A DNA stretch of 63,911 nucleotides from Gaiellaceae bacterium. GTDB taxonomy: Bacteria > Actinomycetota > Thermoleophilia > Gaiellales > Gaiellaceae. Under the pieces are notes generated by a model, which was not told the DNA's origin, did not search any database, and saw only the letters and a list, made by a program, of their open reading frames with translations. The stretch spans positions 1-63,911 of the forward strand of contig DATDMJ010000109.1 of the NCBI GenBank assembly GCA_036518855.1, in the 5' to 3' direction. Shown piece by piece: positions 59,756 to 63,911 of the stretch; within the stretch, counting starts at the first letter, position 1; every line of letters starts with the position of its first letter. Both the position numbers and the translations under genes were made by a program.

Positions 59756-60464
59756 GGCGAGAAGTGACGGTCGAGAGCGCGACCCGGGTCATGCGATCGA
59801 CGGCGGCGCGAAGTTCGTCGTCCGAGATCCGCGTGAACTCCTCTCCGATCACGATGTCGCTCACCGTGAGGAGGCAGCCCGCCTGCACGCCGCGCAGTGC
59901 TCCGATCGTGAAGAGCACGGCCGCCTCCATCTCGACGCCGAGCACGCCACGCTCCGACCAGCGCTTGTGCCGCCCCGGGTCCGGATCGTAGAACGTGTCG
60001 CTCGAGGCGATCGCGCCGACCCGCACCGGCTGGTTGAGCTCCTTCGCGGCGTGGACCGCGCCGTGGACGAGCTCCCAGTCGGCCGTGGGCGTGTGCGGCT
60101 CGCCGCCGACGTAGTGGCGCGCGGTGCCATCAGCCGGAACCGCAGAGACCGCGACGATCAGGTCTCCGAGCTGCAGGTCGTGCTGGAGCCCGCCGCACGT
60201 GCCGACCCGGAGGAAGCGCTTGACGCCGAGCTGGACGAGCTCCTCCATGACGATCGCCGCCGACGGGCAGCCCATCCCGGTCGCCTGCACCGAGACCGGC
60301 TTGCCCTCGTACGTTCCGGTGTACCCGAGCATTCCTCGCTCGGTGTTCCGCTCGACGGCGTCCTCGAAGTAGGTCTCGGCGATGTACTTGGCGCGGAGCG
60401 GGTCGCCGGGGAGCAGGCAGGCCTCTGCATAGTCACCCGGTTCGGCGCGGATGTGGATCGGCAC
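59751..60464 (-). CDS. deoD: Purine nucleoside phosphorylase, DeoD type
   Basis: 237 aa, (M)PIHIRAEPGDYAEACLLPGDPLRAKYIAETYF...GMGCPSAAIVMEEL. Confidence 0.95.
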   Translation of the reverse strand: MPIHIRAEPGDYAEACLLPGDPLRAKYIAETYFEDAVERNTERGMLGYTGTYEGKPVSVQATGMGCPSAAIVMEELVQLGVKRFLRVGTCGGLQHDLQLGDLIVAVSAVPADGTARHYVGGEPHTPTADWELVHGAVHAAKELNQPVRVGAIASSDTFYDPDPGRHKRWSERGVLGVEMEAAVLFTIGALRGVQAGCLLTVSDIVIGEEFTRISDDELRAAVDRMTRVALSTVTSRH

Positions 60465-60489
60465 GGGAAGAGCCTAAAGTTTCGTCCTT

Positions 60490-61272
60490 GTGATGACTCG
60501 CTTGAAGGAGCCCAGCCTCGAGGAGATCCTCGCGTTCTGCGGGGAGGACCCGGTCGAGCGCGTCTTCCTCGAGGACGTGGCGCGCCGCGGGCTCGGGCGC
60601 TTTGCGGCGATCGAGCGGCGGGGCCGGCTCCAGGCGCTCTGCCATGCGGGCTCCAACATCGTGCCCTCGGGGACGGGCTGCGATGCCTTCGCGGAGGTCG
60701 CTTCGGCCGGGAACGCGCGGATGGTGATCGGCGAGGAAGGTGCGGTGACGGAGCTCTGGGAGGCCGCGCGCCGGCGCCTGCCGGTCCCGCGCGAGGACCG
60801 GCCAGGCCAGCCGGTCTACGTGCTCGGCGAGCCGCCCGAGCCCGGCGACACCGGCCTGCGTCCCGCGACGCAGGACGATTTCGAGGTGCTCGTGCCGGCC
60901 TGCGCCGCCGCGCACGAGGAGGAGATCGGCATCGATCCGCTCGACCGCGATCCGGAGAGCTTTCGCTGGCGAACGCGGATGCAGATCGAGGACGGCCGCT
61001 CGTGGATCTGGAGGGACGATGGAACGATCCTGTTCAAGGCGGAGGCCTCGGCGTGGACGCCGTCGGCGGTGCAGCTGCAGCAGGTGTGGGTCGATCCGGA
61101 GGTCCGGAACCAGAAGAGCGCGCAGCGCGGGATGCGCGACCTATGCCGGCTCCTGCTCCGGCGCGTGCCGGTGGTCTGCCTCTTCGTGCGGGCCGAGAAC
61201 ACCCCTGCGATTCGGGTCTACGAAGCGATCGGGATGCAGCGGACGATCTCGTACCGCTCGCTCATCTTCTGA
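60490..61272 (+). CDS. GNAT-family N-acetyltransferase (DUF4081-like N-terminal region + GNAT)
   Basis: 260 aa; C-terminal QLQQVWVDPEVRNQKSAQRGMRDL...NTPAIRVYEAIGM acetyl-CoA-binding pattern. Confidence 0.82.
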   Translation: MMTRLKEPSLEEILAFCGEDPVERVFLEDVARRGLGRFAAIERRGRLQALCHAGSNIVPSGTGCDAFAEVASAGNARMVIGEEGAVTELWEAARRRLPVPREDRPGQPVYVLGEPPEPGDTGLRPATQDDFEVLVPACAAAHEEEIGIDPLDRDPESFRWRTRMQIEDGRSWIWRDDGTILFKAEASAWTPSAVQLQQVWVDPEVRNQKSAQRGMRDLCRLLLRRVPVVCLFVRAENTPAIRVYEAIGMQRTISYRSLIF

Positions 61273-61337
61273 GGCCGCGCCGCGCCTGGCCTGTTGGTCT
61301 CAGTTCGGTTCGCCCGGCCTCCTCCCCGAGGCGAGCG

Positions 61338-61388
61338 TATCGGGGAAAGACGCGCGTGTCTGTCACGAGGCCGTGACGAAAGCGTGAC
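61338..61388 (+). promoter_or_regulatory. TATCGGGGAAA box plus GTCACGAG-gcc-GTGACGAA-agc-GTGAC phased repeats upstream of tilS
   Basis: TATCGGGGAAA 61338-48; GTCACGAG 61362-69; GTGACGAA 61373-80; GTGAC 61384-88. The array lies 44-94 nt upstream of the preferred tilS start. Confidence 0.5.
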
Positions 61389-61431
61389 TTCTCCTGGTTG
61401 CAACACTGTCCGCGTGGCCGAGGAGATTCAC

Positions 61432-62388
61432 GTGCGCGTCGAGGAGCACATCCGCAGGCACGAGCTGATTCCACCTGCCGGCGAGGTCGTGGCCCTCGTC
61501 TCCGGCGGTCCCGACTCGACGGCGCTCTGGCACGTGCTCCGCGCGCTCGGATACCGCGTCGACGCCCTCCACGTGAACCACCACCTGCGCGGGCCGGAGT
61601 CCGACGAGGACGCCCGCTTCTGCCGCGAGCGGCTCGGCGCACAGGTGGTCGACGCGCCCCCGCCCGGGCGCCCCACCGAGGAATCGCTCCGCGACCTCCG
61701 CTACTCCTTCGCGACCGACCGCCTCCGCGCGACCGGCCACACCGCCTCCGACCAGGTCGAGACGGTGCTCTACCGCCTCGCGGCCAGCGGCGCCGCGAGA
61801 GGGATCAAGCCGAAGCGCGAGGACGGCGTCGTCCGGCCGTTGTTGCCGCTCTGGCGCGAGGAGACCGTCGCGTACTGCCACGCCAACGAGCTCCCGTTCC
61901 GCGAGGACAGCTCGAACCCCGACACGAAGCGCGGCCTGATCCGCGAGCAGATCCTGCCGCTCCTCCGTCGCCTCCACCCGGCCGCGGAGCAGAACCTCCT
62001 CCGCCTCGTCGAGCAGCGTCCTTCGAGGCTCGACGAGCTGCTCGCCGACCAGACGGGCTCGAAGCGGCTCGACCTCGGGGACGGCCTGACGGCGGTCCGC
62101 GAATACGACCGCGTCTGGCTCGAGCAGACCCCGGTCGCACTCGACAAGGCCGTTCACTGGGGCCGGTGGCGGATTGAATCCGAGCTGCCAGGCCTTAAGG
62201 TACGAAGCTGGCGGCCGGGCGACCGGCTCGCGGGCCGCCGGAAGAAGATCCAGGACGTGTTCGTCGACGCCAAGATTCCGCGATCCGAGCGCGAGGCGTG
62301 GCCTCTCGTCGTGCGCGGGCGCGAAGTCGTCGCCGTCCCCGGAATCGTCGAGGCGCCCGGAGTCACCGCGACCAGGGAAGGCGAATGA
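61432..62388 (+). CDS. tilS: tRNA(Ile)-lysidine synthase
   Basis: GTG 61432 with GAGGAG 7 nt upstream. VRVEEHIRRHELIPPAGEVVALVSGGPDSTAL PP-loop. In-frame alternatives are GTG 61414 and 61384. Confidence 0.9.
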   Translation: MRVEEHIRRHELIPPAGEVVALVSGGPDSTALWHVLRALGYRVDALHVNHHLRGPESDEDARFCRERLGAQVVDAPPPGRPTEESLRDLRYSFATDRLRATGHTASDQVETVLYRLAASGAARGIKPKREDGVVRPLLPLWREETVAYCHANELPFREDSSNPDTKRGLIREQILPLLRRLHPAAEQNLLRLVEQRPSRLDELLADQTGSKRLDLGDGLTAVREYDRVWLEQTPVALDKAVHWGRWRIESELPGLKVRSWRPGDRLAGRRKKIQDVFVDAKIPRSEREAWPLVVRGREVVAVPGIVEAPGVTATREGE

Positions 62389-62945
62389 GCCAGACGGAGC
62401 TCGAGCGCGCTGTCGGCGAGATCCTGATCGACGAAGACGTGCTCAGCACGCGTGTCGCCGAGCTGGGCGCGGAGGTCTCGGGCGACTACCAGGGCCGCGA
62501 CCTGCTCCTGATCGGCGTCCTGAAGGGCGCCGTCTTCTTCATGGCCGACCTGATGCGGCACATCACGGTGCCCTGCGAGGTCGATTTCATGGCGATCTCG
62601 AGCTATGGCGACTCGACCGACTCGTCCGGGATCGTCCGGATCCTCAAGGACCTCGACATCAACATCGAGGGCCGCGACGTGCTGGTCGTGGAGGACATCA
62701 TCGACTCCGGCCTGACGCTCTCGTACCTGATGCGGAACCTGGAATCCCGAGAGCCGGCGAGCCTCGAGGTCTGCGCCCTCATGACGAAGCCGGCGCGCCG
62801 CGAGATCGACGTTCCCGTGCGCTACATCGGCTTCGAGATCCCGAACCGCTTCGTCGTCGGCTACGGCCTCGACCTCGGCGAGCGCTACCGGAACCTGCCC
62901 TACGTCGCGGTTCTCAGCGAGGAATTCATCCCCGACCCGATTTGA
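62385..62945 (+). CDS. hpt: Hypoxanthine-guanine phosphoribosyltransferase
   Basis: ATGA overlap with tilS; VLVVEDIIDSGLTLSYL PRPP motif. Tail of ORF 62298..62945. Confidence 0.96.
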   Translation: MSQTELERAVGEILIDEDVLSTRVAELGAEVSGDYQGRDLLLIGVLKGAVFFMADLMRHITVPCEVDFMAISSYGDSTDSSGIVRILKDLDINIEGRDVLVVEDIIDSGLTLSYLMRNLESREPASLEVCALMTKPARREIDVPVRYIGFEIPNRFVVGYGLDLGERYRNLPYVAVLSEEFIPDPI

Positions 62946-63011
62946 TCATTCGCGGCGCGGGAAAAGGGGTGAGGCTCATGCCCGCTGGTACCCTTTGCCG
63001 ATAGAGGGCCC

Positions 63012-63911
<900 letters not shown>

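Overview
High-GC (about 70%) actinobacterial-type chromosomal segment. The lineage guess of a deep-branching group such as Thermoleophilia/Rubrobacteria rests only on gene order and the Ala/Glu/Pro-rich tails on ribosomal proteins. Nt 1-20006 is one co-directional str-S10-spc-alpha ribosomal superoperon: fusA (5' partial), tuf, rpsJ-rplC-rplD-rplW-rplB-rpsS-rplV-rpsC-rplP-rpmC-rpsQ, rplN-rplX-rplE-rpsN(Z)-rpsH-rplF-rplR-rpsE-rpmD-rplO-secY-adk-map, an inserted M29 aminopeptidase, then infA-rpmJ-rpsM-rpsK-rpsD-rpoA-rplQ. The rest is mixed housekeeping and envelope genes. These include truA, ligA, a PBP4-type peptidase, a divergent pair of coiled-coil cell-wall hydrolases (3D domain and NlpC/P60) with an orphan LuxR response regulator, ArsR plus an SRPBCC/VOC protein, FadD, Ku and tRNA-Pro(CGG). 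Further genes are two MFS transporters, nitrilase, APH-like kinase, HAD, TetR, an FG-GAP/DUF11 protein, two acyl-CoA dehydrogenases, an O-antigen-ligase-like protein and a secreted His-rich repeat protein. An esterase-MprF-membrane protein operon follows, then VanW, thioesterase, Sir2, L,D-transpeptidase with an unknown Cys-rich secreted protein, a DAG-kinase-family gene, deoD, GNAT, and tilS-hpt-ftsH (3' partial). I saw no rRNA, CRISPR array, transposase, integrase or recognisable defence cassette. The most interesting unexplained signal is regulatory: three loci carry arrays of GTSACGAR direct repeats spaced exactly 11 bp apart, upstream of the vanW-like gene, the L,D-transpeptidase operon and tilS-hpt-ftsH. 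Two of these loci also share an extended module, GGCGA-N3-TATCGGGGAAA-N15-CACGAG. Other leads: the paralogous coiled-coil hydrolase pair, the His-rich protein behind a CCCCTAGGGG palindrome, a DAG-kinase gene with no canonical start codon (candidate ATT), structured spacers inside the ribosomal operons, a roughly 130-aa acidic repeat extension on S17, and several small ORFs missing from the ORF track. All functional calls come from reading the translations by eye; no database search was run.
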